Below are positions 51,113 to 59,601 of a DNA stretch of 64,000 bases, in pieces. The notes under the pieces are model-generated. The model was not told the origin of the DNA, did not search any database, and worked only from the letters and a program-made list of their open reading frames with translations. Position 1 is the stretch's first letter. The number at the start of each line of letters is the position of its first letter. Source of the DNA: Polyangiales bacterium (GTDB lineage Bacteria > Myxococcota_A > Polyangia > Polyangiales > Polyangiaceae); NCBI GenBank assembly GCA_038231275.1, contig JBBRLQ010000011.1:166494-230493 (forward strand), given 5' to 3'. The position numbers were made by a program, and so were the translations under genes.

Positions 51113-51210
51113 TCCACGCGTAGGCCCAGCGCGCACACGGTCGCGAGGGGTGCCACCGACTTGCGCGGCGAGGCTTCCCCTTCGTGCTCCGGGCGCTATC
51201 GTGAGAGCCG

Positions 51211-51933
51211 ATGGGAGCGGCGCAAAAACCGGCGGCGCGCGCGAGCCACGCGCGGGAGGAGTCCCCGCCGTCGACGCTCTCATCCACGCCGCCGCCGATC
51301 AGCGTGACGCGCCAGCGGCGGGCCATCGAGCCGTGGAAAGTGCTCGAGCTCAAGAAGGACGAGCCGCCGGCGCGGCCGATCGTCCGCACCCACGAGAAGG
51401 TCGTCCCGCGAACGAGCTACGCGGGGGCGCTCCTCAGCGTGTTCTTCGGCGCCCTGGGGATCGCCGTCACCGTCGCCGTCATCCTCCGCTTCACCCATCG
51501 GCCGTTGGGGTGGGCGCTCGCCCCGCGCATCCACGCGCTGCTCGAGGGTCGCGCGCTCCTCGTCGCGAGCGCCGCTTCCCTCGGCGCGCTGTCCCTCGCG
51601 CTCACGTTCGGCATCGTCGCGGCCTATGGGCGACCGCGCTCGTTCGGATACCTCGTCTCGGCGGTGGGCATGCTCCTCGTGAGCGTCGCCTTCGCGTTCG
51701 TCGCCTTCACCAGCGGCGTGCACGACTCCGTCGGCATGACGAGAGACGCGGTCCTCCTGGTCGTCCGCGCGCTGCCGCTCGTTCCGCTCGGCGTCGCGCT
51801 TCGTGTCCTGCGACGCGGCTGGTCGGCGTCCGCCGATCGCGAAGGCCTCGCGCGCGAGAGCATCCTCTTTTCCGCCGCGCTCGCCACGTCGCTGGTCTTC
51901 GTCGGCCTCGAGCTCGCCCTCGGCGCGCGCTGA
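51211..51933 (+). CDS. Hypothetical membrane protein (about 5 TM)
   Basis: Multiple hydrophobic helices; GC3-rich frame. Confidence 0.6.
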   Translation: MGAAQKPAARASHAREESPPSTLSSTPPPISVTRQRRAIEPWKVLELKKDEPPARPIVRTHEKVVPRTSYAGALLSVFFGALGIAVTVAVILRFTHRPLGWALAPRIHALLEGRALLVASAASLGALSLALTFGIVAAYGRPRSFGYLVSAVGMLLVSVAFAFVAFTSGVHDSVGMTRDAVLLVVRALPLVPLGVALRVLRRGWSASADREGLARESILFSAALATSLVFVGLELALGAR

Positions 51934-51951
51934 CGACGGGACCGAGCTCCC

Positions 51952-52464
51952 TCAGTGCCCGAAGGCGTGGATGACGCCGATGTGGATGTGCGTCGCGCTG
52001 TTGTCGTCGAAGTACATCTTGGTCTGGATGGAGTGCCGGTACGTTTTGTACGCGCCGCCGAGGCCAATCTCGACGACGTACGGGTTCTGATCGATCAGCT
52101 GGATGAGCCGCTTCGCCTCGTCGCCGTTCTCGGCGTACATGTCGAGCGCGTGCCCGCCGGCGTGCGCCTTCACGCCGTCGTTGTGGTGATCGGTGCGGAT
52201 GGCGCTGATGTAAAAGGCGGGCGCGTGCTGATCCATGAGCCACCCGACGGCGTCGACGAGCTTCGCGTCAGTGATGCTGGGGCTCAGCAAGTCGCGCGGC
52301 GCATGCGCGCGGCTCCGGACCTCGTCGTAGACCGTTTGCCGATCGAAGACGCCGAGCGCCAAGGGGGAGCTCTCGTCGGCGGTGGCGCTGTCGGACGAGG
52401 CGCCGCACGCGGCAGTTGCAGAGGCGAGGCCGAGCGCGAAGAAGGCGATGGATCGGGTGTACAT
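51952..52464 (-). CDS. Lipoprotein with M15/LAS-type Zn-peptidase motifs
   Basis: Lipobox TAAC; H-x6-D (HAGGHALD) and HxH (THIHIG). Confidence 0.7.
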   Translation of the reverse strand: MYTRSIAFFALGLASATAACGASSDSATADESSPLALGVFDRQTVYDEVRSRAHAPRDLLSPSITDAKLVDAVGWLMDQHAPAFYISAIRTDHHNDGVKAHAGGHALDMYAENGDEAKRLIQLIDQNPYVVEIGLGGAYKTYRHSIQTKMYFDDNSATHIHIGVIHAFGH

Positions 52465-52514
52465 GTCGATTCCTATTGGAAGGAGGGAGTGGTTCAGCGA
52501 CTCGCGCGCCTCTG

Positions 52515-52530
52515 AGCAGGCCTCGTGCCA
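52515..52530 (-). promoter_or_regulatory. Sigma54 (-24/-12) promoter
   Basis: Minus strand reads TGGCACGAGGCCTGCT (GG-N10-GC); inverted repeat ggcgg-caattt-ccgcc about 100 bp upstream at 52631-52646. Confidence 0.72.
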
Positions 52531-52651
52531 CTCGAGTGCGCGGGAAAATGCGTGCATGTTCCACGGGCGTCGCGCACGCGTGGATGCGGCGCGATCCGGC
52601 GGCGACTCGGCGCAGAGACACCAGGAATCGGGCGGCAATTTCCGCCACAGC

Positions 52652-52702
52652 CGGAGTCGGAGTTGGGGTGGGAGTCGGCGTCGGCGTCGGCGTCGGCGTC
52701 GG
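52652..52702. repeat. Intergenic GGNGTN hexamer repeat (8.5 units)
   Basis: cggagtcggagttggggtgggagtcggcgtcggcgtcggcgtcggcgtcgg, directly after the SDR stop codon. Confidence 0.85.
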
Positions 52703-53461
52703 CTACCGCGCGATACGCGGCGCGAGCTTCGCGCTCAGCCATGTCGCGAGTCGCGGGAAGAGCTGCGCCAGGGCGTAGTACCGCGGATAGAAAAACCTCG
52801 CGCGTCGCTTCGCCACCGCGCGAACGAGGCGACGCGCCATTTCCGGCGCGTTCCCCAATGGGATGAGGCGCACGAGGCCCTTCCGCCCGTACACGTCGAG
52901 CCCCGATTGCGTCATCGGCGTGTCCGTCATGCCGGGGTACACGGTCATCACGTGCACGCCGGTCCCCGCGAGTTCGTGACGCAGGCCCTCCGAGAACGTC
53001 GCGCTGCCCGCCTTGCTCGCGGCCTGGTAGACCCATCCGGGGAGCGACACGATCGCCGCCATCGACGTCACGTTCACGATCACGCCGCTCTTCCGCGCGA
53101 GCATCCCCGGCAACACGGCGCGGACGAGCCGGGCAGGGGAGCGCAGGTTGATCGCGATCATTCGCTCGCCCTCCTCGGCGTCGAACGTCGCCACGTCGCC
53201 GAGCGTCAGGAGACCGGCGTTGCTCACGAGCACGTCGATCGGTCCGAGCGCCGTCTCCGCCGCGGGGATCCAGTCGGCGGCGTGCGCCGGATCGGTCAGA
53301 TCCTGCGTGGCGACGAACGACTCACCCGGCAGCTCGCCGGCGATCCTCTCGAGCACTTCTCGCCGGCGCGCAACCAGCGTGACCTTCGCCCCCGCGCGCG
53401 CGAACTCGCGCGCCACCGCCTCGCCGATCCCCGAGCTCGCTCCGGTCACTGCGACGTGCAT
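52703..53461 (-). CDS. Short-chain dehydrogenase/reductase
   Basis: TGASSGIG; SNAG; YQAASK (one-residue-longer YxxxK variant); YPG.TDT. Confidence 0.88.
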   Translation of the reverse strand: MHVAVTGASSGIGEAVAREFARAGAKVTLVARRREVLERIAGELPGESFVATQDLTDPAHAADWIPAAETALGPIDVLVSNAGLLTLGDVATFDAEEGERMIAINLRSPARLVRAVLPGMLARKSGVIVNVTSMAAIVSLPGWVYQAASKAGSATFSEGLRHELAGTGVHVMTVYPGMTDTPMTQSGLDVYGRKGLVRLIPLGNAPEMARRLVRAVAKRRARFFYPRYYALAQLFPRLATWLSAKLAPRIAR

Positions 53462-53469
53462 CTTCCTCG

Positions 53470-54324
53470 TCAGCTCCTGGCGCGCGCGCGCGCATCGACG
53501 CGGACGCCCGCGCGCTGCGCCGCCCACCGGGACACTGCCAGCGCGGCCCCCGGCGCGAGGCGCTTCAGCCACCAGCCTACCTTCTCCATTCCCAGGACGA
53601 CCAGCGGACGATCGTGGAGGACGCCGTCCACGAGCTGCTCGGCGACGTGCTCGCTCGTCATCCCGTACCAGGAGGGCGGCGCGTCGAGGAACGCCTTGAA
53701 TCCGGGGTTGTCGTAGCGCGTCGCCTCGTGGAGCTTCGTGCGCACGTACCCCGGGCACACCGCAGTGACGCCGACGCCGGTGCCGGCAAGGTCGAGGCGC
53801 AGCGCCTCCGCGAAGCCGACCATCGCAAACTTGGTGGTGCTGTAGGCGACCATTCCCGGAGCGCCGACGAGCCCGGCGAGCGACGCGACGACGACGACGT
53901 GCCCGCTCCCGCGCGCGATCATCGCGGGGAGGAGCGCCCGCGTGAGGCGGAGCGGGCCCCACATGTTCACGCCGCTCATCCACTCCCAGTCCTCGTCGCG
54001 GGTCTTCGCGAACGGCGCCACGACGGCGACGCCCGCGTTGTTCACGAGCAGGTCGACCGGGCCGCGATCGTTGACCGCGCGCGCCGCGAGATCGTCCACC
54101 TGCTCCGCGCTCGCGATGTCGACGACGTAGTGGGTCGCGTCCCCGCCGCCTGCACGGATCACGGCGGCGACGCGCGCGACGGCGACGTGATCGATGTCCA
54201 CGAGCGTCAGGCGGGCCCCACGCTTCGCGAGCGCGTGCGCCGTCGCCTCCCCGATGCCGGACGCGGCGCCCGTGACGAGCGCGTGCTTCCCGCTCAAATC
54301 CGTCAGTGCGCGCGGAGTAGCCAT
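53470..54324 (-). CDS. Short-chain dehydrogenase/reductase
   Basis: TGAASGIG; NNAG; YSTTK; CPGYVRT. Confidence 0.92.
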   Translation of the reverse strand: MATPRALTDLSGKHALVTGAASGIGEATAHALAKRGARLTLVDIDHVAVARVAAVIRAGGGDATHYVVDIASAEQVDDLAARAVNDRGPVDLLVNNAGVAVVAPFAKTRDEDWEWMSGVNMWGPLRLTRALLPAMIARGSGHVVVVASLAGLVGAPGMVAYSTTKFAMVGFAEALRLDLAGTGVGVTAVCPGYVRTKLHEATRYDNPGFKAFLDAPPSWYGMTSEHVAEQLVDGVLHDRPLVVLGMEKVGWWLKRLAPGAALAVSRWAAQRAGVRVDARARARS

Positions 54325-55037
54325 TGCCTCAAAAACCATAGGGGGGAGACGCCCGCGACCGGGATCGGGGGCAGGTTGGCCGCGAGGTTCACGCGATGAA
54401 GCCGCGCCGCGCGGACGGCGCCGAAGCCGAGATCCGAGAGGGGATCGCGCTCCGAGCCGTTCACCGTCACGTCGAGATCGACGCGCTGCACGCGGATGGC
54501 CTCTTCGCGCGGCGTGAACGCGATCACCTTGGGCACCGCGAGCCCCATCGACGCGCGCACGTTTCGGTGGGGTCTGGCGAGCATCGGCGGCGGGTCTTTG
54601 ACGTCCTCGCGGAGCGTGCCCTTCATCCTCACCAGCTCGGTCCCGCGCCGCCGCGCGATCCCCTCGATCTTGTCGCCGTCGATGCGAAAGTCGATCTCGC
54701 CCATCTTCTTCGGATACCCGAGGAGCTCTCGTCCCATGATGAGCGCGACGTCGTCGTCGACGAGCATCCACGGCGAGAAGATGGCAGGACGGCCGAAGTG
54801 CTCGACGTGAAGGAAGATGCCGGCCTCGTGGTACACCGAGCCGAAGGTGTTGTGCGGGAACCAGCCCGTGAAGACCGTCGCCGTCGCCGGTCGCGCGAGC
54901 CGTAGCGGGTAGGGGACCCACGCCTTGGCGCGCGCCGGGTCGACGTCCATCTCCGCGATCAGGTAGTGCGCGTCGCGGTAGAGCCAGTCGCCGGGGGCGA
55001 TCATGGAGAGGAGGCGTGACCAGTACGAGCGAGGCAT
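54303..55037 (-). CDS. Acetoacetate decarboxylase-like (ADC) family protein
   Basis: WVPYPL; YHEAG; GRELLGYPKK with Schiff-base-type Lys. Confidence 0.85.
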   Translation of the reverse strand: MPRSYWSRLLSMIAPGDWLYRDAHYLIAEMDVDPARAKAWVPYPLRLARPATATVFTGWFPHNTFGSVYHEAGIFLHVEHFGRPAIFSPWMLVDDDVALIMGRELLGYPKKMGEIDFRIDGDKIEGIARRRGTELVRMKGTLREDVKDPPPMLARPHRNVRASMGLAVPKVIAFTPREEAIRVQRVDLDVTVNGSERDPLSDLGFGAVRAARLHRVNLAANLPPIPVAGVSPLWFLRQWLLRAH

Positions 55038-55043
55038 CGAAGA

Positions 55044-55127
55044 GGTGTATACACCGTGTATTCATTCGTGCAACGTGTCGCTGTGTTTTAGTTGAAATCA
55101 ACACGAAATATGCAATACACGATGTAC
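55044..55127. promoter_or_regulatory. Two TetR-type operators (ATACA-N3-TGTA) in the divergent promoter
   Basis: ATACAccgTGTAT at 55049-61 and ATACAcgaTGTAC at 55115-27; palindromes ggtgtatacacc (55044-55) and gttgaaatcaac (55091-102). Confidence 0.65.
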
Positions 55128-55130
55128 CGG

Positions 55131-55718
55131 ATGACACGCGCAGGTCTCCAGCTCGATCCTTCGGCCCTCGTCGCGCAAGGGGCGATCGTCGGCGCGGCGG
55201 TCGGCGTGTTCGTACGCCTCGGCTTCACGGCGACGCGGGTGGAGGATCTCCTGCTCGCCACTGGCATCGCGCGGCGCACCTTCTACAAGTACTTCCGGAG
55301 CAAGGAGGAGGTGCTCGCCGCCGTGTACGAGCTCGCGACCGGGGAGCTGCTGAAGGCGGTGCGCGGCGCGGGCGCACGTGGCGAAGGTCCGCTCGACGCG
55401 ATGCGCGGCGCGCTCGACGTGTACCTCGACTACCACGTCGACAACGCGCCCCTCTTGAAGGTGCTCGTCGAGCAGGCCATTCGCTCCGACTCGCCGCTCT
55501 CGCCTCTGCGGCGGCGCTTTCGCGAGGAGCTCGTCGCCCTCATGTCGGCGGGGGTTCGCGAGGCCACGGGCAAGCAGCACGATCCGATGCTGTACGCCGC
55601 GCTCCTCTCCGCGCTGGAGGGGCTCTCGCTGGATTTGCTCGCGCGCGGCGCCACGGTCGGTGAGGTGAGGCGCGCCAAGCGCGTGATGCACGAGCTCTTG
55701 GCCAAGACCTTGGTCTGA
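55131..55718 (+). CDS. TetR/AcrR family regulator
   Basis: IVGAAVGVFVRLGFTATRVEDLL...GIARRTFYKYFRSKEE. Start is 55122 or 55131. Confidence 0.88.
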   Translation: MTRAGLQLDPSALVAQGAIVGAAVGVFVRLGFTATRVEDLLLATGIARRTFYKYFRSKEEVLAAVYELATGELLKAVRGAGARGEGPLDAMRGALDVYLDYHVDNAPLLKVLVEQAIRSDSPLSPLRRRFREELVALMSAGVREATGKQHDPMLYAALLSALEGLSLDLLARGATVGEVRRAKRVMHELLAKTLV

Positions 55719-55783
55719 TCGGGCTGAAACCTTCCGGAAACAACGCGGTGCTATGCGATCCTGAAGATCACCAGGAGGCCACC

Positions 55784-56782
55784 GTGGGATTCTACAAAGC
55801 CGAGTACATTTGGATCGATGGTGCCGAGCCGACCCCCAAGCTCCGCTCGAAGACGAAAATCGTCGAAGACGGGAAGGAGCCGCCGATCTGGGGCTTCGAC
55901 GGATCGAGCACGAACCAGGCCGTCGGCCACGCGTCCGATTGCGTTCTGAAGCCGGTCCGCGTCGTCCCCGATCCTGTGCGCGGCGACGACGACAAGCTCG
56001 TCATGTGCGAGGTGCTCCTCACCGACATGACGCCGCACCCGACGAACACGCGCGCGGCCCTGGTCGCGGTCGCCGAAAAGTACAAGCAGCACGACATCTG
56101 GTTCGGCATCGAGCAGGAGTACACGTTCTTCGACGGCGTGAAGCCGCTCGGCTGGCCTTCCAACGGCTTCCCCGCGCCGCAGTTCGGCTACTACTGCGGC
56201 GTCGGCGCCGACGAGGTCTTCGGGCGCGACATCGTCGAGGATCACATGGACGCGTGTCTCCAGGCGGGCCTCAAGCTCGCCGGAATCAACGCGGAGGTCA
56301 TGCCGGCGCAGTGGGAGTTCCAGATCGGCACCGCCGGTCCCGTCGAGTGCAGCGACCACCTGTGGCTCGCGCGCTGGCTCCTCTATCGCATCGCCGAAGC
56401 TCACGGCGCGTCGGCAACGCTCAATCCCAAACCGGTCAAAGGCGACTGGAACGGCGCTGGCGCGCACACGAACTTCTCCACCAAGCAGATGCGCGAGTCG
56501 TACGAGCCGTGCGTCGCGGCCGCGAAGGCGCTCGGCGAGCAGCACGCGCTCCACATCGCCAACTACGGCTACGGCATCGAGGAGCGCCTCACCGGCAAGC
56601 ACGAGACCTGCTCCTTCAAGGAGTTCAAGTACGGCGTCTCCGATCGCGGCGCGTCGGTGCGCATCCCCTGGCAGGTCGCACAGGACAAGAAGGGCTACAT
56701 CGAAGACCGCCGCCCGTGCGCGAACATCGACCCGTACACTGTGACGCGCCTCATCACGAACACGGTCTGCTCGAAGCTCTGA
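55784..56782 (+). CDS. glnII: Glutamine synthetase type II
   Basis: SD aggagg + GTG; AEYIWIDG; LRSKT; WGFDGSSTNQA; GIEQEY; YYCGVG; GINAEVMPAQWEFQ; DWNGAGAHTNFST; RLTGKHET; EDRRP; 332 aa. Confidence 0.93.
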   Translation: MGFYKAEYIWIDGAEPTPKLRSKTKIVEDGKEPPIWGFDGSSTNQAVGHASDCVLKPVRVVPDPVRGDDDKLVMCEVLLTDMTPHPTNTRAALVAVAEKYKQHDIWFGIEQEYTFFDGVKPLGWPSNGFPAPQFGYYCGVGADEVFGRDIVEDHMDACLQAGLKLAGINAEVMPAQWEFQIGTAGPVECSDHLWLARWLLYRIAEAHGASATLNPKPVKGDWNGAGAHTNFSTKQMRESYEPCVAAAKALGEQHALHIANYGYGIEERLTGKHETCSFKEFKYGVSDRGASVRIPWQVAQDKKGYIEDRRPCANIDPYTVTRLITNTVCSKL

Positions 56783-57980
56783 GCAGGCTCTCGTAGAGCG
56801 CGATCGTCTGCCGGAACTGTTCCTCGACGCTCGCGATGCACCCGACGGCGGCGCGTGCGGCGTCGCGGACCGTCACGGGGTCACGCTCAAGGAGCATGAT
56901 CGCCGCGGCGGCGCACGCGTCGGGGTCGAGCGCGCGGTATTTCACGGAGCTCGCGCCGAACGCGAGCTCTGCGGCGCCGCCTTCGTCGGGGACCACCACC
57001 GGGCACCCGGCGGCGACGGCTTCTGCGACCCCGAGCCCGAACGTCTCGAACGGGCAGCTGTGGAGGAGGAGGTCCGCGCTGGCGAGCGCGCGTGCGAGGC
57101 GTACGCGATCGGTGATGAAGCCTTCGAAGCGCACATCGCCGCGTGACCCGACGCGTGCCTGCATCGCCGCGCGCTCCGGGCCGTCGCCGAAGCACACGAG
57201 CCGCGCAGGCACGCGCGCGGCGAGGCGCTCGAAGGCGTCGAGCACGACGTCCCATCGCTTCTCCCACGCAAACCGTCCGATCGCGACGACGAGGCGCGTC
57301 CCGTCGGGATTCGGGACATCCGGAAATAGGCCCAAGAGCTCACGTCGCGCCGCTTCGTCGCGCGCGCCGGGCCGGAACACCGCCTTGTCGACGCCGAACG
57401 GAACGTGAACGACGCGGGGCACACCGTGGGCGGTGAGCTTGTCGACCTGCCACCGCGCGCCGCAGATCGTCGCGTCGCAACCCCGTCCGATGCGTCGCAC
57501 CATCGCCCAGAGCGGCTCGAGCATCACGTCCGCCGCGCGCGACGAGGCGCGACGCTCGAGCATCACACGCAGGTACGTATCGATGAAATCGGCGTGCCAC
57601 AGGAACGTCCGCACACCAAAATCCGTCCGAGGGCACGCGAGCGCGCTCGCCGCGGCGACGTACGGAGAGTTGATCTCGAGGACGTCGGGTCGCTCGGCGC
57701 GGACGATCGCCCGAACTTTGTCCACTCGCCAGAGCAAGTGGTACGTCGGATCGTACGGGAGCGCGCGCCCTCCGATTCGGATGACCCGCGCGCTGCCGCC
57801 GTGCTCCGAGCTTGACGATGGCGCCGCATCTACTAGAAGCGCGGTCTCATCCGTAGGCCCTGGAGCGACGACCACGTGGTCGTGACCCCATTGGCACAGA
57901 ATGTGTCCTTTGAGAGTGAGATGGCTTCGAACTCCGCCTCCCCTTTGCGAGTAGAACTCGGTCACGTCGACGACCTTCAT
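56754..57980 (-). CDS. GT4 glycosyltransferase (lipid glycosyltransferase-like subfamily)
   Basis: MKVVDVTEFYSQRGGGVRS; GRFAWEK; GDGPER; ETFGLGVAEA. Confidence 0.9.
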   Translation of the reverse strand: MKVVDVTEFYSQRGGGVRSHLTLKGHILCQWGHDHVVVAPGPTDETALLVDAAPSSSSEHGGSARVIRIGGRALPYDPTYHLLWRVDKVRAIVRAERPDVLEINSPYVAAASALACPRTDFGVRTFLWHADFIDTYLRVMLERRASSRAADVMLEPLWAMVRRIGRGCDATICGARWQVDKLTAHGVPRVVHVPFGVDKAVFRPGARDEAARRELLGLFPDVPNPDGTRLVVAIGRFAWEKRWDVVLDAFERLAARVPARLVCFGDGPERAAMQARVGSRGDVRFEGFITDRVRLARALASADLLLHSCPFETFGLGVAEAVAAGCPVVVPDEGGAAELAFGASSVKYRALDPDACAAAAIMLLERDPVTVRDAARAAVGCIASVEEQFRQTIALYESLLRASSRPCS

Positions 57981-58109
57981 TCCGTCGCTCCGAAGAGCAA
58001 GAATGGGGCTGCGCATGCCCATTCGCATGGAAAGCCCCGCTCCGGATTCGCGGCAAATGCAGCCTTTTCCGGCACCTCAGCCGTAGAAAGCGTACCGCCT
58101 TTCGCGGCG

Positions 58110-59540
58110 CTGGCGGCTCGCCACGGGCGCCCGCTAAGGGTCGCCATCCTTAGTGATTTCACGAGGATCCCGTACGCGAACGGTGCAGCATTTCAGACAC
58201 GGTTCCTGTATCAGGAATTGCGTCGGTGTGGTCACGAAGTCACAGTCATCGGACCGCGCGATCCGGACGCGACTCCGGATGAGCTGGCGCCCGGTACGAT
58301 CGAGCTCCCGAGCGTTCCGCTGAAGACGTACCCCGGCGTCCACATCCCGCTCCCCCTCGCGGCGTGGGTCTACGATCCCTCGCGGTGGAACTTCGACATC
58401 GTCTTCGCGCAGACGACCACGATGCTCATGGAGTTCGGTATCTGGCTGCGCGAGATGAAGGGCATCCCGCTCCTCTGCGTCAACACGACGCACCTCGTCG
58501 CCGCGTACGACGTGCTCCTCCCCGAGAAGCTCTCGAAGAACGAGCTCATCCAAGCCGGCGTCCACATCACGCTGCGCCGCCCGTTCGAGAAGCTCTTCGC
58601 GGGCATCTACAACAAGTCCGATGGGCTGGTCGTCCTGTCCGACGGCCTCCGCAGCTACTGGCGCGAGTGCGGCGTCACCGCGCCCATCCACGTCATCCCG
58701 CGCGCCATCTCGCCGGAGATCTTCGATCGCCCGCTCGGCGCCGATCCCTTCGTGCACCTCCTCGCCGATGCGCGCGCGAACAGCGGTCCGCGCCTCCTCT
58801 GCGCCGGGCGCCACACGCGCGAGAAGAGCCAGGACCGCGTCATCCGCATCTTCGCGCGCCAGATCGCGCCGAAGAACGAGCTCGCGACGCTGACGATGCT
58901 CGGCGACGGGCCGGACATGCCGTACTACAAGCGCGTCGCCAAGGAAGAGGGCGTCGAAGATCGCGTCTTCTTCACCGGCGAGGTGCCGTTCACGCAGATG
59001 CCCGACTGGTACGCGTACGCCGACGCGTTCGTGCACGCGTCGCTCAGCGAGACCTACGGCAACGTCATGGGCGAGGCCCTGTGGTGCGGAACGCCGACGG
59101 TGGCGTTCGCCGACGGGATGGGCGTCTCCTCGCAGATCAAAGACGGCGTCAACGGCGTCCTCCTCGCGCCGGGCAAGGGCACGGCGGGCGAGGCCGAGGC
59201 CGACGCGGCGTTCGGTCGCGCGGTGCTCGAGCTCCTCGCCGATCCGAAGTCGCGCGCGCGCCTCGGCAAGGCGGCGGCGCGCGTCGCCCGTGAGCGCTGC
59301 GCCCCCGCGGCCGTGCAGACGAAGATGGCCGACGCGTTCCAGCACGCGCAGGACCACATGGCCGCGTGCGGCCTGCGCCCCGCCATCGGCCGCCCCAAGG
59401 CGATGCAGTGGTACACGACGTTCCAGCACTTCCGTCCTTGGACGACGGTGATGAGCGGCATCTACCTCTTCGGCCACCTCCGCCCCGCGAAGAAGCAGCC
59501 GAAGAGAGCCCAGATTCATCCGCAGATCGGCGGCAAGTAG
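58110..59540 (+). CDS. GT4 glycosyltransferase (diacylglycerol glycosyltransferase-like); start uncertain
   Basis: LRVAILSDF....ANGA; GRHTREK; GDGP; SETYGNVMGEAL. No ATG/GTG/TTG in frame between 57945 and the domain, so CTG 58110 is used as a placeholder. Confidence 0.85.
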   Translation: MAARHGRPLRVAILSDFTRIPYANGAAFQTRFLYQELRRCGHEVTVIGPRDPDATPDELAPGTIELPSVPLKTYPGVHIPLPLAAWVYDPSRWNFDIVFAQTTTMLMEFGIWLREMKGIPLLCVNTTHLVAAYDVLLPEKLSKNELIQAGVHITLRRPFEKLFAGIYNKSDGLVVLSDGLRSYWRECGVTAPIHVIPRAISPEIFDRPLGADPFVHLLADARANSGPRLLCAGRHTREKSQDRVIRIFARQIAPKNELATLTMLGDGPDMPYYKRVAKEEGVEDRVFFTGEVPFTQMPDWYAYADAFVHASLSETYGNVMGEALWCGTPTVAFADGMGVSSQIKDGVNGVLLAPGKGTAGEAEADAAFGRAVLELLADPKSRARLGKAAARVARERCAPAAVQTKMADAFQHAQDHMAACGLRPAIGRPKAMQWYTTFQHFRPWTTVMSGIYLFGHLRPAKKQPKRAQIHPQIGGK

Positions 59541-59601
59541 CGGCCGACATCGTCCGCCTCAATCGGGGCGAGACGCGTGACGTTTCGCGTATGCTGAAAC
59601 C

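Noticed and set aside
52268..52705. Amber readthrough extending the SDR
   Set aside because: After the PT tract the frame runs through a sigma54 promoter and out of frame into the next gene, with no protein-like sequence.
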